From sequence record OR258281.1: 64,000 nucleotides of DNA; one strand, given 5' to 3'. The notes under the pieces are model-generated. The model was not told where the DNA came from. It searched no databases and worked only from the letters and a program-made list of their open reading frames with translations. The position numbers and the translations under genes are program-made. This document shows positions 11,391 through 20,280 of this stretch, one piece after another (position 1 is the stretch's first letter; the number at the start of each line of letters is the position of its first letter).

Positions 11391-11765
11391 TTATTGCATT
11401 CTATTTTGTGAACGCTGGTCAAATACGATAGATAATTGGTCTGATGTTTCAAGTTGTACAAAGTACAAATCAATTTCAAGTACATAACCGTACTCAATCT
11501 TGGTAACAGATATTGCTTGTTCTGTAACACGAGGGTCCATTTGTATAATGCGTCTGGCATCTGATTCAAGAGCTTCAGGTACACCAGCAACATCTAATTC
11601 AAATATTAAATCCCAACCAATAAAACCATATTCAGCATCCATAACACGCTCACCTTTACGAGTATAGAAATGATTTATCAAATCACGTTTAATCAAGTCC
11701 ACATCATAAAGTTTTTTAGTTCTCCCAACTACAGGAGAACCAAATCCAACGAAAGTTACTGCCAT
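11391..11765 (-). CDS. gp25: Baseplate wedge subunit gp25/GPW-like, 124 aa
   Basis: IKRDLINHFYTRKGERVMDAEYG...I..MDPRV motif of the GPW/gp25 family; baseplate context. Confidence 0.9.
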   Translation of the reverse strand: MAVTFVGFGSPVVGRTKKLYDVDLIKRDLINHFYTRKGERVMDAEYGFIGWDLIFELDVAGVPEALESDARRIIQMDPRVTEQAISVTKIEYGYVLEIDLYFVQLETSDQLSIVFDQRSQNRMQ

Positions 11766-11778
11766 AATTTAATTCCTT

Positions 11779-12267
11779 TTACGCACAGGCTTCGATACGT
11801 TTAGCAAGAATTTCAGCACGATTAGTAGTCTGTCTGTACCATAAAGAATTACGCATACCGTTCGCAGCAGCTTTATAGTTTTTATTAGCAAGTAGAGTAA
11901 GAGTATTTTTGAATTGCATTACTCCGGCTTTACCCATTTGAAAAACCATTTCCACCAGAACACGTTGTGCATCTTGAGGTAGATCCATTTTGTACTGATC
12001 GTATATAAATTTAGCATCAAGTACTTTCTGTGTAATATCTTTAGAAAGTAGTGAGTCAGCCTGAGCAGTACTCAGACCATCACGGAAACTTTCATTGATA
12101 GTAATCAAATGTCCATATCCGATAGTTGGATAACCAAGATGGTCTTTATATTGCCAGAATTTATTATTCTTGAAATAACCTAAACGGGTTTGTGCCTGAA
12201 TAGTACCTTCAAAGTTCTTGATATTCTCAAGAAGTTTTGCATCGGTATTAGTTATCATCCATGACAT
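11779..12267 (-). CDS. T4-type lysozyme (GH24), 162 aa
   Basis: FEG...YKDHLGYPTIGYGH (E/D/T triad), LVEMVFQMG, NSLWYRQT.NRA; GGAG SD. Confidence 0.92.
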   Translation of the reverse strand: MSWMITNTDAKLLENIKNFEGTIQAQTRLGYFKNNKFWQYKDHLGYPTIGYGHLITINESFRDGLSTAQADSLLSKDITQKVLDAKFIYDQYKMDLPQDAQRVLVEMVFQMGKAGVMQFKNTLTLLANKNYKAAANGMRNSLWYRQTTNRAEILAKRIEACA

Positions 12268-12279
12268 ATTTAATCTCCT

Positions 12280-14922
12280 TTATGCACATGCTTCAACACG
12301 TCTAATTAGTGTTTCAGCACGACGAGTTGTTTGTTGATACCAAGCGGAATTACGCATTCCACTTGCAGCAGCACGATAATCACCTCTTGCCATAGCTGAC
12401 AAGGTTCCGGTAAATTTACGTACTGAACCTAACCCCATTTGATATACCATTTCAGTTAGTACTAACTGAATCATATATGGAGTCTTCATGTTATAAGATG
12501 CATATATTTTCTTAGCACCAGTTATAGCAATTTTTACATCTTGCATTAAGTATTGTACTGCTTCGTCCATGGTTAAACCATTTGAGAAATCTTCTCCGGG
12601 TTTAATAAAGTGACCAAATCCAACTGAATGACCAAAGGCATCAACATATGGATATGAACGACCATTAATAGCATTACCGAATCCTTCAAAACCTTTTAAA
12701 TCCGAAATAAGTAGAGAATCGTCATTACTTACTTTCCAATCTACTACAGTTTTATCTATACTCACATTATCGTTAATCTGGAAGTTAACTGCTGAACCTT
12801 TAACCGCTTTTGTAGTATTTGCAGTTAAACGAGTAGGAGTACGTCTTGAACCACGTTGAGCATATCCTGAACCAATTGTTTGTACTGAAAGAATATTAAC
12901 AAGGTCAGTACTGTTAATTGATGGATCATTGCTTGCAACAGGTTTAGCATCTTTATTACTACGCTCACCAGCCTGAAGCTGTTTATTAGCACAATCAGAA
13001 CCTTTACCAGTTACAGTACTGTAGAATAAACCCGGATCAATTGTTCCACCAAAACCAAATAACGCAGAATTGGATTGACGAATTTCAAAGTAGAATATTC
13101 CATTACCGGTAGCTACTTTCTGTCCCTTTGTAACCGAGTCACCATTATACGAAGTTAGTTTTGCATCATAGAAAACAGATTTAAATCCATTTTTATGCAT
13201 AATATAAAAACCACCTTCTATTGTTGCTACAGTTCCAGCTTCAGGTGCAACAATGTCACCTTTACACTGGATAATCCATCCGTTGCGGTTTGATTTAGTA
13301 CCATCACCGTTATCAACATTCTGACCCCAATATCCGTACTGGCGAATTGTTCCGGTACATGGCATTACCATACCCAATGATTCATATGTCTGATAATAAG
13401 TGATACCTGAACCTTCAGTATCATAGAACATATCCTGTTCAAGAGCCTGTGAGACCTCTGGAGTGGTGTTAACTACCTGTACTGACTCCTGAGCCTTTTG
13501 TACTGGTACAACTGGCTGTACGTCATTTGCAGGTTGTGCACTTTCAGCCGGAGCAGCATTACTGGAACCACCACCCTGAACTGGTGCAGCCATTGCATCA
13601 CTGTGGTTAGTAGGGCTGGTAAATGCGGCATGGTAGTGAATATGGTTAACTAATCCGACAGATCCTGCCTGAAAGTCCTGACCTTTATAAATGGCATTAG
13701 TACTAACATCTGATTTAATTGTTAAGTGCGTTCCTGCACCTGTTAACTGAATTGCTGATGCTTTAGCATTTGTCACATCGGTACTAAGAAGATTCAGAGT
13801 ACTACCAGCAGTGATATTTGAACTTGCTCCACTCTGGAAACGAAGATCAGCACTGGCATATAAACGCAAACTTGCACCAGTATTAATTACTACTTCAGAG
13901 CCAACTTTTGCATCAAGCTTTCCAGCTAGATCTAATTTACTGTCACCGCCAACTTTCAAATTAAGATTACCACCTAATTCTATATTGAAATCTTTTGCGA
14001 TATAGTAGTTCATATCAGCTTCAGTACGAATGTTAATACTATTATCAGCATGAATGTTAATATATCCTTCTGGCGTTATTTCTACACGTCCAGTACCATC
14101 ACGGTTAATAATAAACACGTTACCGTTACTTTCTGAAAGTAATATCTGTGCACCACTTCGGGTTCTTAAACATATACCTTCATCTTTACGTGAACCAACA
14201 CGCGTATCATCACTGGGATTGTTTAGTTTAGTGTCCTGATAACCTTCGTCCTGATCCCAATTTGTTGCCTTAAGTTCATCATCTAACCAGCCATCATCAA
14301 TTACGATACTGTTCTGACGTGGTGAACTCATACCATAAACTGTTGGAATAGTCTGGCGAGTACTACTACGGTTAACCGCACCATTATTGAGATCGTATAA
14401 AAGGTTCTGTTTCTTTAAACCGTCAATAACAGGTGAGTTTACATATTTTTCTTCTACAACGGTTTCTAAACTATTACGATCATAGTCGGTAACTGGAATA
14501 GCACTATCTACTCCAGATGAACTTACTACTTTTGTCGCCATGCCCGGAACCATTGCGTTCATTCGGTCATCAAATACACCACCAAACCAGTACGCATCAT
14601 GAATATTACCATTAGCAAAGAATACGCATACCTGTGACCCAACATTAGGAGGAACAGCCCAAAATCCATAAGATTTCGGGTATTCTTGAAAGGTACTTGC
14701 ATTCTCTTCACCATCAGTACGGCCTGCGAATATAGAAACATATCGACATGTTATCCAAGACTCTTTAGTTCCTTCATTACTTTGCGAACCACTGATCCAT
14801 ACTTTCAACTTACCGCTGTTATCAGGATCGCGGTTATCTTTAACCACGCCAATCTGTATACGATCTGGATCGAAACGGCCTGCCTGGTTATTTGAATATT
14901 TTAACTGTTTGCTTTCCTGCAT
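12280..14922 (-). CDS. gp5: Baseplate hub/spike protein (gp5-like) with OB-fold, beta-helix, degenerate M23-like domain and C-terminal lysozyme, 880 aa
   Basis: IGVVKDNRDPDNSGKLKVWI (Gp5 OB-fold), FWAVPPNVGSQVCVFF, repetitive beta-helix, HIHYH apex at aa 427-431, C-terminal T4-lysozyme domain. Confidence 0.88.
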   Translation of the reverse strand: MQESKQLKYSNNQAGRFDPDRIQIGVVKDNRDPDNSGKLKVWISGSQSNEGTKESWITCRYVSIFAGRTDGEENASTFQEYPKSYGFWAVPPNVGSQVCVFFANGNIHDAYWFGGVFDDRMNAMVPGMATKVVSSSGVDSAIPVTDYDRNSLETVVEEKYVNSPVIDGLKKQNLLYDLNNGAVNRSSTRQTIPTVYGMSSPRQNSIVIDDGWLDDELKATNWDQDEGYQDTKLNNPSDDTRVGSRKDEGICLRTRSGAQILLSESNGNVFIINRDGTGRVEITPEGYINIHADNSINIRTEADMNYYIAKDFNIELGGNLNLKVGGDSKLDLAGKLDAKVGSEVVINTGASLRLYASADLRFQSGASSNITAGSTLNLLSTDVTNAKASAIQLTGAGTHLTIKSDVSTNAIYKGQDFQAGSVGLVNHIHYHAAFTSPTNHSDAMAAPVQGGGSSNAAPAESAQPANDVQPVVPVQKAQESVQVVNTTPEVSQALEQDMFYDTEGSGITYYQTYESLGMVMPCTGTIRQYGYWGQNVDNGDGTKSNRNGWIIQCKGDIVAPEAGTVATIEGGFYIMHKNGFKSVFYDAKLTSYNGDSVTKGQKVATGNGIFYFEIRQSNSALFGFGGTIDPGLFYSTVTGKGSDCANKQLQAGERSNKDAKPVASNDPSINSTDLVNILSVQTIGSGYAQRGSRRTPTRLTANTTKAVKGSAVNFQINDNVSIDKTVVDWKVSNDDSLLISDLKGFEGFGNAINGRSYPYVDAFGHSVGFGHFIKPGEDFSNGLTMDEAVQYLMQDVKIAITGAKKIYASYNMKTPYMIQLVLTEMVYQMGLGSVRKFTGTLSAMARGDYRAAASGMRNSAWYQQTTRRAETLIRRVEACA

Positions 14923-14935
14923 TTAAAACTCCATG

Positions 14936-17068
14936 TTATGTATTTTGTGGTGATATTTTATTAAGACTACGAATAATCAAAGCACCATTAATATGTTGGG
15001 TAAATTTACCGCCACTAAAATCGCTTACAACGGTTAATACACGATAGAATGATTGTGCGAACACACTCTTATCAGATATATCCATGATTCCGGTCTTATC
15101 ACTGATTTTACTTGATGGTTTTAGATTAAGTAACAGGTAACTTTCACCAGTAATATAATTAGCGGTTCTACTCTCAGCTTTAATTTCAATATCACGTGCA
15201 ATTAATGCAGCATTTAGATAATTCATATAAACATCTTCTGACCATCCTAGCCAGTACGGGTCACCTACTACATCCATATTCAATTCAAGAAGAAATGAGC
15301 GGTTATAATAGTTAGATTTACATGTTCTTCGATATAATTCATATGGAGAACTGTTCTGTACGGTACTAGATGAACTGGTTTCTGAAATGTTAGTAGGTTC
15401 AGTTGGAATAGTGTTAACATAATTACCACTTAATCCAGATGTTGCAAGCTCCTGTAAATCAGTATCTGATAGATCTTCGATAAAAACGTCAGATCCGGGA
15501 ACAGGAGATAATGAACTTAATTCATCATCGCCTTCAGTGACAGGACGTGTAGCCAGTGCAGCAGTACTATCACGTAAAAACTGCTTTTCTGACTCAGTTA
15601 GTACTTTACCCTCTGTTTGTTTTTTCTTAACCTGTTCAGATACTTTATATAACTCACTTAAATCTGAGTTTGCATTGACTTCAAACGTTTGGTTATTGAA
15701 AATAATAGTCTGAGATGCATGAGTACCAGAACTGTTGTTCGCATCTACAACACTGTATGGGTTACGAGTAGTAGCTACGTAAAAATGTGAGTCAAACTTC
15801 ATCTGTAAGTCAAGTACTTCACTATTCAACCCGGTGAACTGAAAATCATATCGTTTAGCTGGTATCTTAAGTGAATTAACACGTGTACCTTCAGGATCAC
15901 GAGAAACATCACGAATAAACGAGTTCACATTGAACACATTAGGGTCCATATCCTTATATTCTTTAATATCATAAGTCCAGAATGGTACAATATAATAATT
16001 ATAACGATATGCTGAGGTATTTCTAATAGGGTCATAACATCCATATGCAGCACTTGGTACTATCTGTACGAATTGACGGTTATTAGGGTCAACCGTACCA
16101 TCTGGTAACGTACCTGCACAACAATCTATTACGTTATCAATAATATTACTGATATTCATGGTAGCTTCGAACCGGAATTGACGATTACCAAAAGAAAGTT
16201 TAGCATCTGCACCATTTTCCTGGTCCTGTTTAGCATCAAGTACCATACCCAAGTTCTTTAATGAATCAGACACATGAATATTAAAAAACTTACCATCATT
16301 GAATGCTGGGTTTTTTGTCAGATAACCATACTGCTCTTTACTCATCTCATTCAGTTTATTTTCAAGTTGCTGACAGAAGTCACCGAATGTTGAAGTATTA
16401 CATTGGAATGGTTCTTTTAATATCCATGCCGGGTTATCATACGTGTTTCTTAGACTTACCATGTTAATTTTATGGTTAAAAGTACCACCTTCAGATGAGG
16501 GATCACTTTCAATTGTGTTAATACGAACGTTCCAGTACTTTCTGGTATCTGGAATTTCGGTCATTACACCAGTATCACCCTTCTGACCAACGAATTTAAG
16601 TTCAAGAATTAAAGGAACATCAGCAAACTTCTTGTAATTAAGAACATTTGACATGATAATAAGATCATCCATAAAATTCATGCCATTCTGTTCAGTAATA
16701 TTCAAATCTATCTGTAGTACGGAGTTGTTTGTAGTCTTTCCTGGAGAGCCGGGGCCGATACCAGTTATTTTCACATCACCTATACTGTATTTTGCAGTCA
16801 CTCCACTTTGTGCGATAACATAACGCTGAACCCGTTCTTTTGAATTAACCTGAAACAGTTTAAAGTCGGACTGACTCATTGCATACAAGGCAAAGTTATA
16901 TGTGTATGTGCCGTAATCAAATAAAACATTCGGATTATCAACAATGCGTTGATTCAAATCTATGTCACTTAACGTGTCATCAAATTCATTATAGTTAGGG
17001 TTATTACTTTTAGCGTTTACGTCAGGTGTTTTAATATTTGCTGCACTTGAAGAATAAGCGTTAGCCAT
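14936..17068 (-). CDS. Putative baseplate hub protein (gp27-like position), 710 aa
   Basis: Long ORF between the gp53-like and gp5-like genes; NPNVLFDYGTYTYNF start and C-terminal VVGDPYWLG...YRVLTVVSDFSGGKFTQ resemble contractile-tail hub proteins (inference). Confidence 0.55.
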   Translation of the reverse strand: MANAYSSSAANIKTPDVNAKSNNPNYNEFDDTLSDIDLNQRIVDNPNVLFDYGTYTYNFALYAMSQSDFKLFQVNSKERVQRYVIAQSGVTAKYSIGDVKITGIGPGSPGKTTNNSVLQIDLNITEQNGMNFMDDLIIMSNVLNYKKFADVPLILELKFVGQKGDTGVMTEIPDTRKYWNVRINTIESDPSSEGGTFNHKINMVSLRNTYDNPAWILKEPFQCNTSTFGDFCQQLENKLNEMSKEQYGYLTKNPAFNDGKFFNIHVSDSLKNLGMVLDAKQDQENGADAKLSFGNRQFRFEATMNISNIIDNVIDCCAGTLPDGTVDPNNRQFVQIVPSAAYGCYDPIRNTSAYRYNYYIVPFWTYDIKEYKDMDPNVFNVNSFIRDVSRDPEGTRVNSLKIPAKRYDFQFTGLNSEVLDLQMKFDSHFYVATTRNPYSVVDANNSSGTHASQTIIFNNQTFEVNANSDLSELYKVSEQVKKKQTEGKVLTESEKQFLRDSTAALATRPVTEGDDELSSLSPVPGSDVFIEDLSDTDLQELATSGLSGNYVNTIPTEPTNISETSSSSTVQNSSPYELYRRTCKSNYYNRSFLLELNMDVVGDPYWLGWSEDVYMNYLNAALIARDIEIKAESRTANYITGESYLLLNLKPSSKISDKTGIMDISDKSVFAQSFYRVLTVVSDFSGGKFTQHINGALIIRSLNKISPQNT

Positions 17069-17080
17069 GTTGTTCTATCC

Positions 17081-17380
17081 TTATTTCAAATATTGTTTAA
17101 CTCTTTCAACTGTTGGTACTTTAATAACGACTCCTGTTTGAAAATCATAAACAGGATCTTGAAGTACGTCAGGGTTAAGCAGAGCAAAAATATAATATAA
17201 ACGTTCATTATCATACAAATCCTTAGCTAATCTCCAAGGTTGTTCTGCATAGGTAGATGGTATTGTGTATTCAACATCGGTATCAGATGGATAAAATTTG
17301 TTGAATTCATAATAGTCAAGATAATAACTGGTTTGTTTAGCTTTATAATACGGTGAATATATACTATAATTAACAGACAT
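17081..17380 (-). CDS. gp53: Baseplate wedge gp53-like/LysM-fold protein, 99 aa
   Basis: EYTIPSTYAEQPWRLAKDLYDNERLYYIFALLN...GVVIKVP, the gp53/tail-X LysM-like pattern. Confidence 0.8.
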   Translation of the reverse strand: MSVNYSIYSPYYKAKQTSYYLDYYEFNKFYPSDTDVEYTIPSTYAEQPWRLAKDLYDNERLYYIFALLNPDVLQDPVYDFQTGVVIKVPTVERVKQYLK

Positions 17381-18255
17381 TAGATAAATCCTCCCTTACG
17401 AAGTAGTTCACCACGTTTGAATGAGTTCAAGTTAAATTGGTTACTCATAAAATTAGGTGTTGGCTGTTCCTCAAGTTGTAATGCAATACTTAGTTTTTGT
17501 GGAACATATACCATGTTTTCTTTATTACTGATTCCGTTGTTTCGGATATTGCTGTAAAACGAGTTAATATCTGATACACTGGTTTTAAAGAGATTTATAC
17601 CACTAACTGAATTTATAGTACTTTTAACTTTAGCTTCTACTGAACTCATTGCTTTCTCTTTTAATGAGTTAGCAGCGTTGGTGAGCACATTTCCAGTTCC
17701 AGCAGCAGGGGAAGTTACAGAACTTGTAACTGAACCAAGAGACTGAGACGAATCTAATGGTACTAATACAAAATCCACATCGTTGCCAAAGTCAAAAGAT
17801 AGAGATTTAACGATAACAGGAACGTCATTATACATATATCTACCATATGCACTGAATAAAAGTACCGGAGGTGGTGCACCGAGTACTGCGAAGTCTGGAG
17901 AAGATGAATTAACTGATCCTCTACCGAAGTCCATTAGGGTAACGCTACGTAAAAAGGTTATGATAGCAAGCATATACAATGCTTCTTTGCCGGAACCTGC
18001 ATAAAAATCACCCTGTACTGAAATTGTAGTATTGGATGTATTTTTATAGTTGTTATAACCACTGTTAGTATGAATTGGCTGCATGGTGTCATAGTTAACC
18101 TGACGGGTTTCACGAACTGTAGGAGTATAATTCCACACCATTCCCTGAGTTTGTCTTAGTACTGAAAGTACAGAAGGTACTGCACCACCCATATCACCAT
18201 AAACATAGTTTTCTGCTGCGGCTTTAGGTCTTAATCGAACACGACGATCTAACAT
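17380..18255 (-). CDS. Tail tube initiator/baseplate-tube junction protein (gp48/gp54-like), 291 aa
   Basis: GAPPPVLLFSAYG..MYNDVPVIVKSLSFDF tube-fold motif; position at the start of the baseplate operon. Confidence 0.65.
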   Translation of the reverse strand: MLDRRVRLRPKAAAENYVYGDMGGAVPSVLSVLRQTQGMVWNYTPTVRETRQVNYDTMQPIHTNSGYNNYKNTSNTTISVQGDFYAGSGKEALYMLAIITFLRSVTLMDFGRGSVNSSSPDFAVLGAPPPVLLFSAYGRYMYNDVPVIVKSLSFDFGNDVDFVLVPLDSSQSLGSVTSSVTSPAAGTGNVLTNAANSLKEKAMSSVEAKVKSTINSVSGINLFKTSVSDINSFYSNIRNNGISNKENMVYVPQKLSIALQLEEQPTPNFMSNQFNLNSFKRGELLRKGGFI

Positions 18256-18292
18256 TATATTTTCTCCTTAGTACTAATAACTTTATTGTACT

Positions 18293-18308
18293 TTGCAAGT
18301 ATTTATTT
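18293..18308 (-). promoter_or_regulatory. Late promoter AATAAATA for the baseplate operon
   Basis: tatttatt at 18300-18307, about 45 nt upstream of the ATG at 18255. Confidence 0.6.
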
Positions 18309-18311
18309 GGC

Positions 18312-18340
18312 TGAAACGTTTTAGTAAAGTGTGCTATACT
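18312..18340 (+). promoter_or_regulatory. Early/middle promoter TGAAAC-N17-TATACT (gp55-47-46 operon)
   Basis: tgaaac gttttagtaaagtgtgc tatact; one of 10 copies with identical spacing. Confidence 0.85.
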
Positions 18341-18389
18341 ACTAATGTGAACAAGGATTCGTTCATTGAGTACTTACATGGAGTTTAAA

Positions 18390-19256
18390 ATGATTACCAA
18401 GAAACCCAAGAAAAAATATCTGAATAATGCGGATTTACTTCGCGAAATTCAGAAAAGTAAAATGTCCTATTGTTATGTGTTAGATGATTCGTACAGCATG
18501 TATGATTACATCGTGTTTGATGTTACTGAGGTAACACAAGAACTTCTTGAAGTTGCTGCGATTGATCGTATGAAGCGTTTGAATAACGAACTCATTGACA
18601 AAGTTCAGGAAGAACAGGGACTATCAAAGAAGAAAGCAAAAGAATATGCTGAAGACAATTCTTTAATTATTAAAGAAGTACCTTTTGATGAAATCGTAGT
18701 AAGAGTTATAACTAATGAACACGTACCATATATAGAAGACAGTGCCAAAAAAGTACGTACTAATTTTGAACCATTTAAACACTACATCGTAGATAATACT
18801 GGTGAGTTGATTGAAGTTGCACGTTCACATTGGAATGGCGACTTAGATAATGGTACTTTTAGTCTTACAACCGGACGTCTTACTAATGAACTCGGTAAAA
18901 TGTTTATCAAGCTTGCTGAACATTATGCACAACGTGCTAATTACCGAAATTATACATATATCGATGAAATGATGGGTGATGCACGTATACAATTAGTAAA
19001 AAATGCATTGCTATTTAATGAAAGTATTTTTTATGATAAAAAACGTGATAAACCAGTAATTCAGTTGAATCCATTTGCCTATTATACCTCCTTTGTTAAT
19101 AATGCATTCCGTTCAGTACTGAATACTGAAAAGCAAGTTCGTAATATACGTGATGACCTACTGGAAATGCACGGATTCGACCCTAGCTTTACACGACAGA
19201 TTGAAATGGAAATGAAAATGGTAGAAGGAAAGGCAAATCGTGGCTCTATTCAATAA
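18390..19256 (+). CDS. gp55: Late-transcription sigma factor (T4 gp55-like)
   Basis: KYLNNADLL, ELGKMFIKLAEHYAQRANYRNYTYIDEMMGDA, NPFAYYT; start refined to ATG 18390 behind GGAG; upstream of gp47/gp46 as in T4. Confidence 0.9.
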   Translation: MITKKPKKKYLNNADLLREIQKSKMSYCYVLDDSYSMYDYIVFDVTEVTQELLEVAAIDRMKRLNNELIDKVQEEQGLSKKKAKEYAEDNSLIIKEVPFDEIVVRVITNEHVPYIEDSAKKVRTNFEPFKHYIVDNTGELIEVARSHWNGDLDNGTFSLTTGRLTNELGKMFIKLAEHYAQRANYRNYTYIDEMMGDARIQLVKNALLFNESIFYDKKRDKPVIQLNPFAYYTSFVNNAFRSVLNTEKQVRNIRDDLLEMHGFDPSFTRQIEMEMKMVEGKANRGSIQ

Positions 19257-20271
19257 GGCAATTACATTCACTGACATGCATTTAGGTTTACGTAATAACA
19301 GTAAGCAACATAATGAAGATTGTGTGGCTTTTACCGAATTTATGATCGAACATGCTAAAGAACGAGACATTAAAACATGTATCTTTATGGGAGATTTCTT
19401 CCACAACAGAAGTAATATAAATGTTAATACATTGAATTACGGTCTAAAGGTACTTGAGTTACTAAATGATAACTTCGATATTGTATATTTCATTGTGGGA
19501 AACCACGATATGTATCACAAAAACAAAAGAGATGTTGCTAGTACTAATATAGCTGATAAATTTCCTAACATCAAGCTTATTAACGACATTGAAACCTTTG
19601 ATGATTGTACTTTTATTCCTTTCATGATTGATAATGAATATGAAGTACTTCCTACTCTTAAGAGTAAGTACGTTTTCGGTCACTTAGAACTGCCCGGTTA
19701 TCTTCTCAATAAAATGATCGAGATGCCAGACCACGGAAAAGAGACTGAAGAATCATTCAAAGGGTGTGAATATGTGTTTAGCGGTCATTTTCATAAACGA
19801 CAGACTAAAATAACTAATTCTGGAACGAATGTAATCTATACCGGTAACTGTTTCCCCCATAACTACTCTGATGCATGGGATGATGCACGTGGAGTTATGA
19901 TACTGGAACACGGCAAGACTCCCGAATTTATTGCATGGGATGATGCACCTAAATATAGAACATTTTCACTATCAGAATTACTTACAGAGCCAGATTTTTA
20001 TCTTCAAAAGAACACAATATCTAAAGTACTTGTTGATATTAATGTAAGTATGGATGAAATCAGTTTCATTCGTGAAACTTTCAGTACTTTATTTGAAGTA
20101 CGTGAATTTAATGTGATACCTAACAAAAAGAATATGTCAGAGTTTGAAGATGTTGATGGTGAAGTTGGTACTGAAACTGTCGATGAAATCGTTATTAAAC
20201 AAATTAATAACATGGATCTAAATGATTCGTTCAAAAAGGAACTACTGATTCAGATATACTTGTCACTATAA
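19240..20271 (+). CDS. gp47: Recombination endonuclease subunit (gp47/Mre11/SbcD-like), 343 aa
   Basis: Metallophosphoesterase motifs TDMHLG, GDFFH, VGNHD, FGHLE, SGHFH. Confidence 0.93.
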   Translation: MALFNKAITFTDMHLGLRNNSKQHNEDCVAFTEFMIEHAKERDIKTCIFMGDFFHNRSNINVNTLNYGLKVLELLNDNFDIVYFIVGNHDMYHKNKRDVASTNIADKFPNIKLINDIETFDDCTFIPFMIDNEYEVLPTLKSKYVFGHLELPGYLLNKMIEMPDHGKETEESFKGCEYVFSGHFHKRQTKITNSGTNVIYTGNCFPHNYSDAWDDARGVMILEHGKTPEFIAWDDAPKYRTFSLSELLTEPDFYLQKNTISKVLVDINVSMDEISFIRETFSTLFEVREFNVIPNKKNMSEFEDVDGEVGTETVDEIVIKQINNMDLNDSFKKELLIQIYLSL

Positions 20272-20280
20272 GGATATAGG

